A stretch of DNA of 64,000 nt from an uncultured delta proteobacterium (lineage in GTDB: Bacteria > Desulfobacterota > Binatia > UBA9968), in contig CAVUVW010000017.1 in assembly GCA_963745035.1 (NCBI GenBank), forward strand, positions 160,001 through 224,000, given 5' to 3'. This document shows, piece by piece, positions 52,055-62,332 of this stretch. The notes below the pieces were generated by a model. The model did no database searches and was not told the DNA's origin. It was given only the letters and a program-made list of their open reading frames with translations. How positions within the stretch are numbered: position 1 is the stretch's first letter; every line of letters starts with the position of its first letter. Position numbers and translations under genes: made by a program.

Positions 52055-52795
52055 ATGAATCTGGAAGAATTTGCCGCTCGAGTGAACACCGCGCAGGCAA
52101 TCGTCTTCTTTACCGGCGCCGGCATCAGCACCGAGTCCGGCGTGCCCGACTTCCGCAGCCCGGGCGGCGTTTGGACCAAGTATCAGCCCGTGCTGTTTCA
52201 AGATTTCCTCGCCAGCGAATCGGCGCGCGTGCAGCATTGGCAGCTAAAAAAGGCCACCTACGAGCTTTTCAAAACCGTCGAGCCGAATATCGCCCACTAT
52301 GCTATCTGCGAGTGCGAGCGGCGCGGCCAAATGCTCGGCCTGATCACGCAGAATATCGATGGCCTGCACAAGCTCGCCGGCACGTCGGAGGAGAAACTCG
52401 TCGAGCTCCACGGCACCGACCGTCTCGTCACCTGCCTCCAATGCGCCAAGCGCTATCAACCCGCCGACGTTTACGAAAATCTGGGCGAGACGTTCACCGC
52501 GCCGACTTGCGCCGACTGCGGCGGCTTTTTGAAATCGGCCAACGTCTCCTTCGGCCAGTCCATGCCGGTCGAAGCGATGCGCTGCGCGCAAGCGTGGAGC
52601 GAGCAGGCCGATGTCTTCATCGTGCTTGGCTCGTCTCTGCAGGTCCAACCGGCCGCTTCCTTTCCTGTCATCGCCAAGCGGTCCGGATCCCTCCTCGCCA
52701 TCGTCAACCGCGACCCGACGCCCTTGGATGAAATCGCCGACTTCATTCATAATGGCGCCATCGGCGATTTTTTTCGCCGGTTGCAAGCCAGTTGA
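52055..52795 (+). CDS. cobB: Sir2-family NAD-dependent protein deacylase
   Basis: TGAGISTESGVPDFR, ITQNIDGLH, ELHGT, GSSLQVQPAA. Confidence 0.9.
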   Translation: MNLEEFAARVNTAQAIVFFTGAGISTESGVPDFRSPGGVWTKYQPVLFQDFLASESARVQHWQLKKATYELFKTVEPNIAHYAICECERRGQMLGLITQNIDGLHKLAGTSEEKLVELHGTDRLVTCLQCAKRYQPADVYENLGETFTAPTCADCGGFLKSANVSFGQSMPVEAMRCAQAWSEQADVFIVLGSSLQVQPAASFPVIAKRSGSLLAIVNRDPTPLDEIADFIHNGAIGDFFRRLQAS

Positions 52796-52838
52796 AGATC
52801 GTTTCCGTTCAAGCGCTTCAGGCAATCTTTCGTTCATC

Positions 52839-53693
52839 ATGCAGCTCATGCGCTTAGCCGATGTGCCATCGGATCATAGCCAGCGGGTATTCTATTACTC
52901 CCGGTTTCGCGCAGTCATCGGCGCAGCGACTATGATCACCGTCGCCGCCGGAGTTCTGGTGTGGGGTTGGTCCAACGACGTTTGGCTCGCCTATTACATC
53001 GCCGCGGTTCTCGTCGCTTTCTTGTTGATCTTTCAGAAACTCGTCACCGCCCGCTTTCGGCCGTCGAATTGGCTGTTGCGCATGACCGATCACGGTCTCT
53101 TCATAAAGTTTCGCTCGTATCTGAACAGTCACTTCGATGATCGGGATCTCGCGGTCGTGTTTCTCCCCTACGCCGAGATTCGCTCGGCGCGATTGGTGAA
53201 AGAGCGCCAGAAACTCCCCGACCAGGAAAGTCCCAACGCCGCCGGAACAACGACCAAAACACGGCGGGCCGTGGAACTCGAACTTGCCGCCGACTCAGGC
53301 GAGCTCGCCAGAGCGCTCGCCAGGGAACGCGAGCGCGTATTTGGCAAATCGGTTGTCGGCGTCGGAAGAATTTCCACTCGATATCAGCATCTGCCGGTTC
53401 GGATGGCGTCGCCGAAGCTCTTGCGTATCGATTGGGGCGTCGTTCCGAGTGTAAAAACGCTGCTCGATGCTCTGACGCGTCACACTTTAGTGAAGGACGC
53501 CGCCGCTGTCTCGAAAGACTTTGTCGACCTCGATAAGCTGGACAGGGAGCAACAGGAGGCTCGCCTGCTGGAGCTTGTCGAGTCCGGCGACACGATCGCG
53601 GCTGTGACTTTGGCGCGGAGACTCTATTCTTACGATTTGACGACCGCGAAGCGTTTTGTCGAAGAGTTGGTGCGCCGACAACCCGCGCCCTAA
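52839..53693 (+). CDS. Hypothetical membrane protein with C-terminal L7/L12-CTD-like motif
   Basis: Two TM helices; ends GDTIAAVTLARRLYSYDLTTAKRFVEEL. Confidence 0.65.
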   Translation: MQLMRLADVPSDHSQRVFYYSRFRAVIGAATMITVAAGVLVWGWSNDVWLAYYIAAVLVAFLLIFQKLVTARFRPSNWLLRMTDHGLFIKFRSYLNSHFDDRDLAVVFLPYAEIRSARLVKERQKLPDQESPNAAGTTTKTRRAVELELAADSGELARALARERERVFGKSVVGVGRISTRYQHLPVRMASPKLLRIDWGVVPSVKTLLDALTRHTLVKDAAAVSKDFVDLDKLDREQQEARLLELVESGDTIAAVTLARRLYSYDLTTAKRFVEELVRRQPAP

Positions 53694-53703
53694 TCGTGAA
53701 AAT

Positions 53704-54300
53704 ATGGCGATAGAAACAATCTTGGAATTTTGGTTCGGCGAAGACACCGATGACAGCGTAGTCGCCAAGAACAAGTCCGCGCTCTGGTGGTCGAAGAATC
53801 CCGATGTCGATGCAGAGATGCGCCAACGGTTCGAAAGTTTCGTCGATCGCGCCGCCGCGGGCGAACTCTCCGATTGGCAGTCCAGTCCACGCGGCCGCTT
53901 GGCTCTGATCCTGCTCACCGATCAGTTTCCGCGAAGCATTTATCGCGATTCGCCGAACGCCTTTGCGTACGACTCGAAAGCTTTGGCGTGGTGCATCGAC
54001 GGAATCGATCAAGGCATGGATTTGCAGCTCCGGCCGATCGAGAGAGTGTTCTTTTACCTTCCGCTCGAGCACGCTGAGTCGCTAGAGCATCAAGACAGGT
54101 CCGTCAAGCAATTCCGTCGATTGCTCGACGAGGTCGGCGCCGGCCAGACAAAAGTATTCGAAGAGTATCTCGATTTCGCGGTCCGTCATCGCGATATCAT
54201 CGCGCGCTTCGGCCGCTTCCCGCACCGCAACAAGATCCTCGGGCGTGAACCGACTTCTGACGAATTAGCGTTTCTCGCTACGCCGGGATCCTCGTTTTAG
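53704..54300 (+). CDS. DUF924 family protein
   Basis: ILEFWFG, LTDQFPRSIYR, FFYLPLEHAES, RFGRFPHRN. Confidence 0.92.
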   Translation: MAIETILEFWFGEDTDDSVVAKNKSALWWSKNPDVDAEMRQRFESFVDRAAAGELSDWQSSPRGRLALILLTDQFPRSIYRDSPNAFAYDSKALAWCIDGIDQGMDLQLRPIERVFFYLPLEHAESLEHQDRSVKQFRRLLDEVGAGQTKVFEEYLDFAVRHRDIIARFGRFPHRNKILGREPTSDELAFLATPGSSF

Positions 54301-54303
54301 TAC

Positions 54304-55329
54304 TCATCCGGCGCTCGTGCCGGTCGGTTGAAGCAGGATCTTTCTCGACCCGCTCGCCGCCGCATGCTGGACCGCTTCCAAACCATCTTGCAATGAATAG
54401 ATCTTTTCGATGAGCGGCGTCACTGAAACCTGTTTTGCTGTGAGGGCGGCTAGCGCGTCCGGAAACGGTCCGCAGCGCGAGCCGATGACGTTGATCTCGT
54501 TAATGACGATCGGCGCGAGCGATACCCGGTGATTGCCGGCGATGGTGCTTTTGAGAATCAATGTTCCGCGCGGCCGCACGGCGCCGAGCGCCAGCTCGAG
54601 CCCGGAAGCGGAGCCCGTCGCTTCCACGACCACGTCGAATTGCCGCGGCCGCCAGTCGGTGAGTTGAATTGTGCGCACGCCGGCTTTCTTGATCAACGCA
54701 AGCTTATCGGCGTGCTTGCCCAGCGCAGTCACCTTCGCGCCGGTGAGCCGGAGCGCTTGCGCGCAGAGATTGCCGAGCTTGCCGTCGCCCAAAATCAACA
54801 CCTCATCGCCGGGATCGAGTTGTATCTGGGTGAGAATCTCGAAAGCGGCGGCCAGCGGCTCGGTAAACACCGCTTCTTCGTCGCTGACGTTCTCCGGAAT
54901 CTCGTGCAAATTGCCGGCGGGAACCGCGACATATTCCGCGAAGGCGCCGTCGGCGTTCAAAATCCCCATCACGCTGCGGTTCGGACAATGCCGGCTCAAG
55001 TCGCGCCGGCAAGAATGGCAGTCGCCGCAGCCAAAATTGATCTCGCCGACAACCCGCTTGCCGACGAATTCCTTCGGCCCATCGGCGACAGTGCCGACGA
55101 ACTCATGGCCGGGAACTCCTTTGAAGCCCATGTAGCCTTTGAAGATTTGCAGATCGGTGGAGCAAATACCGGCGAGATGAACTTTGACAAGCGCGGTTGG
55201 TTGGTCTTGGTTAACGGGGCGACCGCCGGTCGCCCCTACAATCGATTCTCCATTCTCAATCCTCGACCCCGGATCCGGATAAGCAGAATCGAGCTTCAGC
55301 TCATGGCCGTCCCAGTAGAGCGCATGCAT
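54304..55329 (-). CDS. Zn-dependent alcohol dehydrogenase (MDR) family protein
   Basis: GICSTD, GHEFVG, CGDCHSC...C, GDGKLG. Confidence 0.9.
   Translation of the reverse strand: MHALYWDGHELKLDSAYPDPGSRIENGESIVGATGGRPVNQDQPTALVKVHLAGICSTDLQIFKGYMGFKGVPGHEFVGTVADGPKEFVGKRVVGEINFGCGDCHSCRRDLSRHCPNRSVMGILNADGAFAEYVAVPAGNLHEIPENVSDEEAVFTEPLAAAFEILTQIQLDPGDEVLILGDGKLGNLCAQALRLTGAKVTALGKHADKLALIKKAGVRTIQLTDWRPRQFDVVVEATGSASGLELALGAVRPRGTLILKSTIAGNHRVSLAPIVINEINVIGSRCGPFPDALAALTAKQVSVTPLIEKIYSLQDGLEAVQHAAASGSRKILLQPTGTSAG
55216..55239 (-). repeat. GTAG-type REP hairpin inside the MDR gene
   Basis: Minus strand GTAGGGGCGACCGGCGGTCGCCCC. Confidence 0.75.
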
Positions 55330-55344
55330 GGCCGGGTCGAAAGC

Positions 55345-56158
55345 TTAGCTCCGCAGCGCGCTCGCCCACTTGGTTTTCGGCCGCGGCACTAGTTCGCCAT
55401 CGACGTAAATGTCGCAGCCGCGTTCGTGGAAGAAGCAGAGTAAACCTTTGATCTTCGGGATCTCCGGGATCGGATTCATATAACCCCAAACGAGATCATT
55501 GAAAGTCTCGTTGCCCATTTTAACCGACCAGTAGGACGCCGGGCCCTTTGTACGGGCAGCGCGATTCGGTCGCGCTCGGCGCCAACATGTCCATGCGCAC
55601 GTCTTCCTGAGGAAGGTAGTAGCGCACCGGATGATTGGTCTCGAAGACGAGAGTCGGTCGCCTGCTGTCGGCAACCGTCTGCCCGTCGATGACCACGCGC
55701 ACGTGGCGCCTGCTCGGCAACGCGTCGACGCGCTTGAAGGGGTCGCGCGCGTGCTTGAAAATTTCCTCGTCTTCTTCCATCCATTTGTCCATCTTCGGCC
55801 AGTCGAACGCGATATGATCCTTGATCGCGCCGCCAGGTGACGTCGGATGGGGATAGCTCCAGGCCGCGTTCTCGGCGGCCTTGCCGCCGGCGCGAACCGA
55901 CCAGTAAGCCGCATCGCCTTTGACCGGACACTGCGTTTTGTATTCGCTCGGGGTGAAAAGATCGGTGCGCACATCTTCCTTGGGAAAATAGTAGGCGGGC
56001 AAAACTTCCGGCTCGCGCACGAGCTTTACTCGCTTGCTGTCGGCTATGGTTTCGCCGCCGAAGAACACGCGCACATGGCGCGGGCTCTCGCTCACGTGAA
56101 TCCACTGACCGGGATCGCCGTGGACCGGCACACGCTGTTGAGTGACGTTGCTTTGCAT
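55345..56158 (-). CDS. Tandem DUF427 protein; apparent frameshift near 55545
   Basis: Two CP(V/Y)KG.A.YWSV repeats split across two frames. Confidence 0.85.
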
Positions 56159-56187
56159 AGCAACCTCCTTGATCGACCAAAGCAGAA

Positions 56188-56275
56188 CTCACCGCGGAGA
56201 CGCAGAGATCGCCGAGGAAAACGATTATATCAATAATTAGTCCAACCTCTGCGCACTTCGCGCCTCTGCGGTGAA
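56188..56275. repeat. CACCGCGGAG-family palindromic element
   Basis: ctcaccgcggagacgcagagatcgccgag ... ctctgcgcacttcgcgcctctgcggtgaa. Confidence 0.8.
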
Positions 56276-56298
56276 AACCTTCGTTTCCGTCCTCGATT

Positions 56299-57249
56299 TT
56301 ACAGTTTTTTCAGCTTCTGCAGGCTGCGCAGCTCGCGCGGAGGCTTGAGATGCTGCCCCATGATTGTCCAGGACACCTCGCCGACGTAGATATCGCCGCG
56401 CGAGTCGATGGCGATTCCGTGCGGCGCGATAAATTGGCCAGGCTTCTCGCCGGCATGAATGTCGCCGAGACGCGCAAGCCGCTTGCCCGTCTTGTCGTAA
56501 ATGTCGACCCGGTTGCCGAGGTTCGGCGCGTCTTTGTTCACGCCCAGACCTGGACCCAGCTCGCCGACGAAGCAAATCGGATCGTTTTTCGTCACGTCCA
56601 TGTAGAGCGCGCACGGCCGATGCATGTTGTTCCACTGGGTCTCGTATTTGCCGCTGCCGTCAAAAACTTGCACGCGATTGTTCTCTCGGTCGGCGACGTA
56701 GACCCAGCCGTCCCTGTCGGTCACGACATTGTGCACGATATTGAATTGTCCCGGATCGGAGCCGGACTCGCCCCAGGACAAAAGCAGCTTGCCGTCGGGC
56801 GAATATTTGTGCACGCGCGAATTGCCGTATCCGTCGGAAACGTAGATCTCGCCTTTCGGCGAGAACGCCACGTGGGTGCAGCGATTGAACGGCTCGCCGC
56901 ATTGATAATTGGAGCAGCTCCCCGGCACTCCGATGGTAAGAAGGATTTTTCCATCGAGAGTGCACTTCCTGACCGTGTGATCGCCGTCGTCGGTGAGAAA
57001 GATCGTGTCGTCGGCGCCGATAGTCGCGCCGTGCGCGCGCTTGAACACCCCTTCACCCCAGGAGCGCAGAAAATTGCCATCACGGTCGAAAACGATCACC
57101 GGATGCTTGCCGCGGGTGAAACAATAAACCTGATCCTTCTGATCCACCGCCACCGCGGCGACTTCGTGGAACGTCCAGTCGTCCGGCAGCTTGCCCCAGC
57201 CTTCGATCACTTCGTAACGATAATCGCCGTTACCGAGTACGATGCCCAT
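56299..57249 (-). CDS. NHL-repeat protein (peptidyl-alpha-hydroxyglycine alpha-amidating lyase-like)
   Basis: YVSDGYGNSRVHKY, YVADRENNRVQVFD, PHGIAIDSRGDIYV. Confidence 0.88.
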   Translation of the reverse strand: MGIVLGNGDYRYEVIEGWGKLPDDWTFHEVAAVAVDQKDQVYCFTRGKHPVIVFDRDGNFLRSWGEGVFKRAHGATIGADDTIFLTDDGDHTVRKCTLDGKILLTIGVPGSCSNYQCGEPFNRCTHVAFSPKGEIYVSDGYGNSRVHKYSPDGKLLLSWGESGSDPGQFNIVHNVVTDRDGWVYVADRENNRVQVFDGSGKYETQWNNMHRPCALYMDVTKNDPICFVGELGPGLGVNKDAPNLGNRVDIYDKTGKRLARLGDIHAGEKPGQFIAPHGIAIDSRGDIYVGEVSWTIMGQHLKPPRELRSLQKLKKL

Positions 57250-57293
57250 AGAACCTCCCTTGCGATCCTCGATCTTCGATTCTCTATCCTCGG

Positions 57294-57620
57294 CTATTCT
57301 CTTCTGCCTTCTGCCTCCGACTCGTAGACCTGCCGCCATCCTTCGAAACCGCCGCTCATGCTGGCGACGTTCTTAAATCCATTCTCGATCAAGAAGGCGG
57401 TGGCACCGAGGCTGCTGTTGCCGTGGTAGCAATACACCACGATGTCTTTTTCTTTATCGGTGTTCTGGAGAAAGTCCTGGATGTTACCGTCGTGCAAATG
57501 CAGCGCGCCCGGAATATGCGCTTGGCCGTAGGACGCCGGATCGCGAATATCGACGAATACCGATTCTTTTTGATCAAGCTTCTGTTTGGCGTCGTGAATC
57601 TGAATCTGCGGGATATTCAT
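57294..57620 (-). CDS. glpE: Single-domain rhodanese/thiosulfate sulfurtransferase
   Basis: VDIRDPASY..AHIPGA, CYHGNSS, GGFEGW. Confidence 0.85.
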   Translation of the reverse strand: MNIPQIQIHDAKQKLDQKESVFVDIRDPASYGQAHIPGALHLHDGNIQDFLQNTDKEKDIVVYCYHGNSSLGATAFLIENGFKNVASMSGGFEGWRQVYESEAEGRRE

Positions 57621-57735
57621 GCCTGAGCTCCTTGCTCACTTGCAGCTTTCTATCAATCTCAATTTGCTCTGTCCACAGCGGAAATTTGCCGCCTTCATTA
57701 GTCCGCCGACCAATCAGTTGCTATAATCCGGCGCC

Positions 57736-58902
57736 ATGAAACTTTCTCCGATCGCCTATTTCGGCATGGCCGCTGTCTGCCAAACCGCCGGCTCGTCTGG
57801 AGCCGCCATGCTGGCACCGTTTTTCATGAAGGAACATGGCTATTCGATCGCTCTCGTCGGCATTCCCCTGGTCGCCAATGGCGTCGGCCGCGTTTGCTCC
57901 GATCTGCTGTCGGGCGTGATGGCGAGTTACGTCAGCTCGGGAATGTTGCTCATCGCCGCGGTCGTGATCGGATTTCTTATGAGCGCCGTTGGCTATCTTT
58001 TTCTTGACAGCATGCCGGTGTTTCTGGCCGTATTTACGATCTTCGGCCTCACCGAAGCGATGTTCGCGCTGTCTTTGCGAAAGATCGGCTTTGACTATTC
58101 GACACCCGAAAGCCAAGGAAAGGTGCAAGGCCAGATGGCTTCCGCGTTAGGCGTCGGCTTTACTCTCGGCCCGTTGCTCGGCGGATTCATCGGCAAATGG
58201 CTGGGGCCTAACGCACTGTTCTTGCTCTACGGCATGCCCGAGTTAATTGCGCTCATCCTGATCTTGTTCGGGGGCGGCCACCGGTATCGCCGCACCGTCA
58301 TGGATCCGTCAACAACCTTATGGCGCGAAGGCGTGAACCTGCTGCGCAAACCGGCTTTTCTCGCTTCTTGTCTTGCGGTCTGTCAATCGTTCTTTTTTCT
58401 CGTCGGCGTGACCCGCGTGGCGTTTCCATTCCTCGCCGTCAACCAACGCGGCATCGGCCTCGAGATCGTCGGCACGATGGTCGCGATCTCGCGTCTGACC
58501 GATACTTTCGGACGTTTTAGCGGCGGCCTGCTCGCCGACCGCATTCAAGCATCGCGCGTGATTCTGCTCGGCGTGGGCCTCGGCATCCCGATGTTCTTGG
58601 CGCAGATTTACGGCAGCGGATTTTTGACGCTACTGCTGCCGCTGGCGATCATGACCATGGGATTTGGCTTCAGCAACGTCGGCTCGACGACTTTGGCCCT
58701 GCAAGCCGCGCCGCCCGCTGCGAAAGGCCTGAGCCTTGGCCTGTCGCGCGCTTCCACCTCGGTGGGCCAGATGCTGGGACCGCTGCTGTGCGGCGTGTTG
58801 ATCGAAAAAATGGGCTACGAGCAGGGATTTCAAGCGATGGCGTTGATTTCGGCGGTAGTTCTAGTAGTAACTTGGATCGGCCTGAAACGAAAACCGGAAT
58901 GA
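57736..58902 (+). CDS. MFS transporter
   Basis: About 12 TM helices; GGLLADRI. Confidence 0.85.
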   Translation: MKLSPIAYFGMAAVCQTAGSSGAAMLAPFFMKEHGYSIALVGIPLVANGVGRVCSDLLSGVMASYVSSGMLLIAAVVIGFLMSAVGYLFLDSMPVFLAVFTIFGLTEAMFALSLRKIGFDYSTPESQGKVQGQMASALGVGFTLGPLLGGFIGKWLGPNALFLLYGMPELIALILILFGGGHRYRRTVMDPSTTLWREGVNLLRKPAFLASCLAVCQSFFFLVGVTRVAFPFLAVNQRGIGLEIVGTMVAISRLTDTFGRFSGGLLADRIQASRVILLGVGLGIPMFLAQIYGSGFLTLLLPLAIMTMGFGFSNVGSTTLALQAAPPAAKGLSLGLSRASTSVGQMLGPLLCGVLIEKMGYEQGFQAMALISAVVLVVTWIGLKRKPE

Positions 58903-58906
58903 AACC

Positions 58907-58980
58907 GTTCAAAGTTCAAGGTTCCAAGTTCATGAGGAGTCCGATTCGACCCTTGAACTTTGAACCTTGAACCTTGAACG
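58907..58980. repeat. Heptamer GTTCAAG-unit inverted repeat between convergent genes
   Basis: gttcaaagttcaaggttccaagttca ... ttgaactttgaaccttgaaccttgaac. Confidence 0.8.
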
Positions 58981-58987
58981 AATTGCG

Positions 58988-59779
58988 TTAGCGCAGTCCC
59001 TTATATTCCTCGCCGAGACCGAGATCTTTCAAATACTCGATGCTGTCGTTGGCATAGCCGACCTGCCCGGCTTTCTCCGCGCGCCAGGCGTCGAGATATT
59101 TGAGAATGTCGTCCAGCGGCAGCACGTCGGCGTACTTCTGGTTCATGTCGAAGAGATTGATCGCGTGACAGGCCTCGTGGCGGTCGAACACGCATTCTTC
59201 GGCGACGATCATGCGCAGCCGATTGGTCGTGCCGTCAACCACGCTGGCGCGCACGCAGCCGCTCGTGCTCTCGCCGCAGGTGAGGATCGTGTCGACGCCG
59301 AGAAAGTTGAGATGGCCGACCAGCGGCGTGCCCCAGAAAGCGCTCGGCGAGACTTTCTTGAAAACGGTTTCACCGGGAATCGGTTTGACTTGATCGACGA
59401 TATCATAGCGGCGGCGAAAGCGGTCCAACTCCTCCGCGCTCATGTTCGCGCGCTTCTTCTTATCGCGCCGAAAAGCCCAAGGCTCCACCGCCACGCCGTC
59501 CATACCCGTGACGTGAATAATGGGAATGCCGACTTCACGCGCTTTGGCGAGAAGCTTTTGAATGGACGGAAGCGCATTCCACCCAGCAAGACCGCAGCTT
59601 CCCGGCCACGTCTTGATCGCTTCGGTCACCGCCTCCGGCTTGTCGCCGAATACCCAGCGATAAAGATCGATCAGCAACAACGCCGGCCGCTCACCGAAGC
59701 CGATTTTCCGCTCTCCTCTGCCGACCAGGGTCGCTTTGTCTTGCTCTGTAAGAAATTTCTCCCAAACTCGTTCAGCCAT
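58988..59779 (-). CDS. Isochorismatase/cysteine hydrolase family protein
   Basis: PALLLIDL, KVSPSAFWGT, GESTSGCVRASVVD. Confidence 0.9.
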   Translation of the reverse strand: MAERVWEKFLTEQDKATLVGRGERKIGFGERPALLLIDLYRWVFGDKPEAVTEAIKTWPGSCGLAGWNALPSIQKLLAKAREVGIPIIHVTGMDGVAVEPWAFRRDKKKRANMSAEELDRFRRRYDIVDQVKPIPGETVFKKVSPSAFWGTPLVGHLNFLGVDTILTCGESTSGCVRASVVDGTTNRLRMIVAEECVFDRHEACHAINLFDMNQKYADVLPLDDILKYLDAWRAEKAGQVGYANDSIEYLKDLGLGEEYKGLR

Positions 59780-59895
59780 GAAACACCTCCATGATTTCAC
59801 GATGTGTCCCCTAAGATTTATCACCGTGTTGCTTCGACGGTCAAGGCGAGAAGTCTCTGTTGCCCCTGGGCTTTCGTTGGCGCTATAGTCGTCCC

Positions 59896-60504
59896 ATGAA
59901 AGAGCTCATACCGATTGACGTCAGAGGTATAATCGAAGAGGTCAAAGCCGAGGGGAAAACCCGGCGCGTGCTGTGGCAGGATTCCGAATCCATCGCTTTT
60001 TTGAGCAGCGGCCGCAAAGAGCGTTGGGATTTTCACATCGACCCGGCGGACGAAGTGACGTTGCAACTGACCGGCGTGCAGCATCTGGTCTACCGAACGC
60101 CCGACGGCCAAGAACAAACGGCCGACATCAAAGCCGGCCAGATCCTGCTCTGTCCCGCCGGCGTGCCGCATTCGCCGCGGCTCGAGGCTAATTCCTGGTT
60201 CATCGTTTTCGAGCGCAAGCGCCGGCCGGGGGAGATCGATTATTTTAAATGGTTCTGCAACCAATGTGGCGAGAAAGTCTACGAAACCTCCGCCGAAGTC
60301 GGCGATTACCGCGCCGATCCGGTGGGACAGGTCTACGAGAAATTCTCCAGCGACGAAAAGCTCCGCACCTGCAAGAAATGCGGCTACTGTATCCCGCGCC
60401 GCCACGCTGAATGGTGCGCTTTACGAACCCCAGGGATTTTCGCAGCACAAAATCGTCATCCTGAGCAAAGCGAAGGAGCTGCTTTTTGTTTTACTGACGC
60501 CTGA
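59896..60504 (+). CDS. nbaC: 3-hydroxyanthranilate 3,4-dioxygenase-like cupin
   Basis: RWDFHIDPADE, PAGVPHSPR, ERKR, CNQC...CKKCG; 3' end uncertain. Confidence 0.8.
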   Translation: MKELIPIDVRGIIEEVKAEGKTRRVLWQDSESIAFLSSGRKERWDFHIDPADEVTLQLTGVQHLVYRTPDGQEQTADIKAGQILLCPAGVPHSPRLEANSWFIVFERKRRPGEIDYFKWFCNQCGEKVYETSAEVGDYRADPVGQVYEKFSSDEKLRTCKKCGYCIPRRHAEWCALRTPGIFAAQNRHPEQSEGAAFCFTDA

Positions 60505-60584
60505 TTGGCTGATCGCCATGAACAGCCTACATTAATCGACTAACCCAACTCGCATCCGCATACCGCGCCGCGGAGGAAGCGGTC

Positions 60585-61289
60585 GTGCGCGCGTTCTTTA
60601 AGAAACCAAGGACCAAGAAAGACCATCTGCGCTGGCTGAAAGCCCAGGGATTCAAGGAATACTCGGCGATCAAACCGATCATCGACGCATTGACGGCGCT
60701 CTATCCCAACGTCGGTCGCGGCGTCGATCGGCACGATTACGCCGAACTGACCGAAAAGCTCGCCGACGAAACCAAGCACGCGCGCTTGGTGATGGATCTG
60801 CTCGAAGAGATGACCGGCAACAAAGTCACGCCGCGCGATCTTACCTGGCTGCCGGAGGACCGCAAGCTCGCCAAGGTTCGCGGCCGATATTCGAAAAGCT
60901 TCGCGCGGCTGCTGCACGGCTCCGGAAAGGTCACATCCAAAGAGATCACGCGCAAGGATGAAGCAATCGAGCGCGCCGCGATCACGCTGACCGAGGGAGG
61001 CGGCGGGGCGCTCTATCAGGTGTGCAGCAAGCTCAAGAAACGCGGCATCGAAGGGAAAATCGCCCGCGTGTTTCACGAAATCTTGCTCGACGAGATCGGC
61101 CACAAAGACGCCGGCACGCGCGCGCTCGGAGAGCTTATCAAGGAGGAGAAATCATTTCGTCGAGCGGCAAAAATTATCAGCGAAGTCTCCGGCCAGCGGC
61201 TGCGTATGCGCAACGAGCAATTCGGCTTTCCCTTGAATCGAGATGAACTCGCGGCGCTTGAAAACCGTGCCGGCCAATCGATCCGTTGA
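60585..61289 (+). CDS. Ferritin-like domain protein
   Basis: Two DExxH motifs (DETKH, DEIGH); start uncertain. Confidence 0.65.
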   Translation: MRAFFKKPRTKKDHLRWLKAQGFKEYSAIKPIIDALTALYPNVGRGVDRHDYAELTEKLADETKHARLVMDLLEEMTGNKVTPRDLTWLPEDRKLAKVRGRYSKSFARLLHGSGKVTSKEITRKDEAIERAAITLTEGGGGALYQVCSKLKKRGIEGKIARVFHEILLDEIGHKDAGTRALGELIKEEKSFRRAAKIISEVSGQRLRMRNEQFGFPLNRDELAALENRAGQSIR

Positions 61290-62158
61290 GAATAATGCTT
61301 TTCATTGCCGCGTTATTTTTCACTCTCCTCTCCGGCTCCGTCTCGTCGGCGCTCGAAATGCCGCCGCTCAAGACCGGCATCAACGACTTCGCAGCCATGT
61401 TTCCCCCCGCGAGCCTCGATGATCTCGAAATGCGGCTGCGCCGCTTCAACACAGAAACCGCAAATGGCATCGTCGTGCTGACCCTCAAGACTCTCGATGG
61501 CGAAGATATCGACAGTGTAGCCCGCGGCGCATTCGACAAGCTGCCGCTCAGCGACGCCGAGCGACAAAGAAGCGTCCTGCTCGTGGTGGCGCGCAGCGAG
61601 CGACAGGTAGCCGTCCATGCCGGATCGCAGGTGCGCGCCCTGCTGCCCGAACCGGCGGCCAGCCAGAAGCTTCTTGCTCAGGCCGCCCTTTACTGGGATG
61701 GCCTGAGGCCCGATCTCGGCATTCACGGCGCGGTGCATTATCTCTTTCGCGTGCTGCGCGGCGACGTGCGCGTCGGCAGCCAGACCGAAGAAGAAAAGTT
61801 GGAGGAGATGTCCTTGCGCGGCGGCGAGGCCGGCGCAATCTTCGCGCTCTGCCTGGGTCCCTTTCTCGCGCTGTTCGTGGGCGTTCTCTGGGGGATTTAT
61901 GCCACCCAATACGGCGTCCCGCGCAACACGCGGCTCTTGATGGGCGCGATCTTCGGCGGCGCCACGGCCAAGATAGTCGCCGTGTTGATGTCTATCCTCG
62001 GCGGCTACACCGACGGCCTTTGGTATTTCATCATGGCTCTGGCCATACCGCTCGGCGTATTTGGTAGCCTGACCGAATTTTGGATGGCCGGCGATTGGCG
62101 CGGCATCCCGCGCGTCAAAGATCGCAAACGCAAACCCGAAGACAACATGGGCATCTAA
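61286..62158 (+). CDS. TPM-domain membrane protein
   Basis: INDFAAMF...IVVLTLKTLDGEDI...VLLVVARSERQV; C-terminal TM helices. Confidence 0.75.
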   Translation: MRIMLFIAALFFTLLSGSVSSALEMPPLKTGINDFAAMFPPASLDDLEMRLRRFNTETANGIVVLTLKTLDGEDIDSVARGAFDKLPLSDAERQRSVLLVVARSERQVAVHAGSQVRALLPEPAASQKLLAQAALYWDGLRPDLGIHGAVHYLFRVLRGDVRVGSQTEEEKLEEMSLRGGEAGAIFALCLGPFLALFVGVLWGIYATQYGVPRNTRLLMGAIFGGATAKIVAVLMSILGGYTDGLWYFIMALAIPLGVFGSLTEFWMAGDWRGIPRVKDRKRKPEDNMGI

Positions 62159-62332
62159 GAGGCGAGCGGGTCTTAATCCAGCGAAGCTCTATCTCGCTGA
62201 TCGAATTCCATCTCTACACTATTTTTACCGATATTTAGAACCCCGTCTTCCCGGCGATCCTCGCCGGTTCGGTCGATGCCTTCCAGTCGATCCTTCTTCT
62301 CGTTAGACTGATTGCGGATGACAATGAAATCC

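Noticed and set aside
52055-52795. Sir2 as an anti-phage defence effector
   Set aside because: It has a canonical CobB-like deacylase with Zn ribbon in a housekeeping context.
60454-60480. GTCATCCTGAGCAAAGCGAAGGA REP-like motif within the nbaC 3' end (a related motif lies near 24465-24487)
   Set aside because: Single degenerate copies and an uncertain gene end; insufficient for a separate claim.
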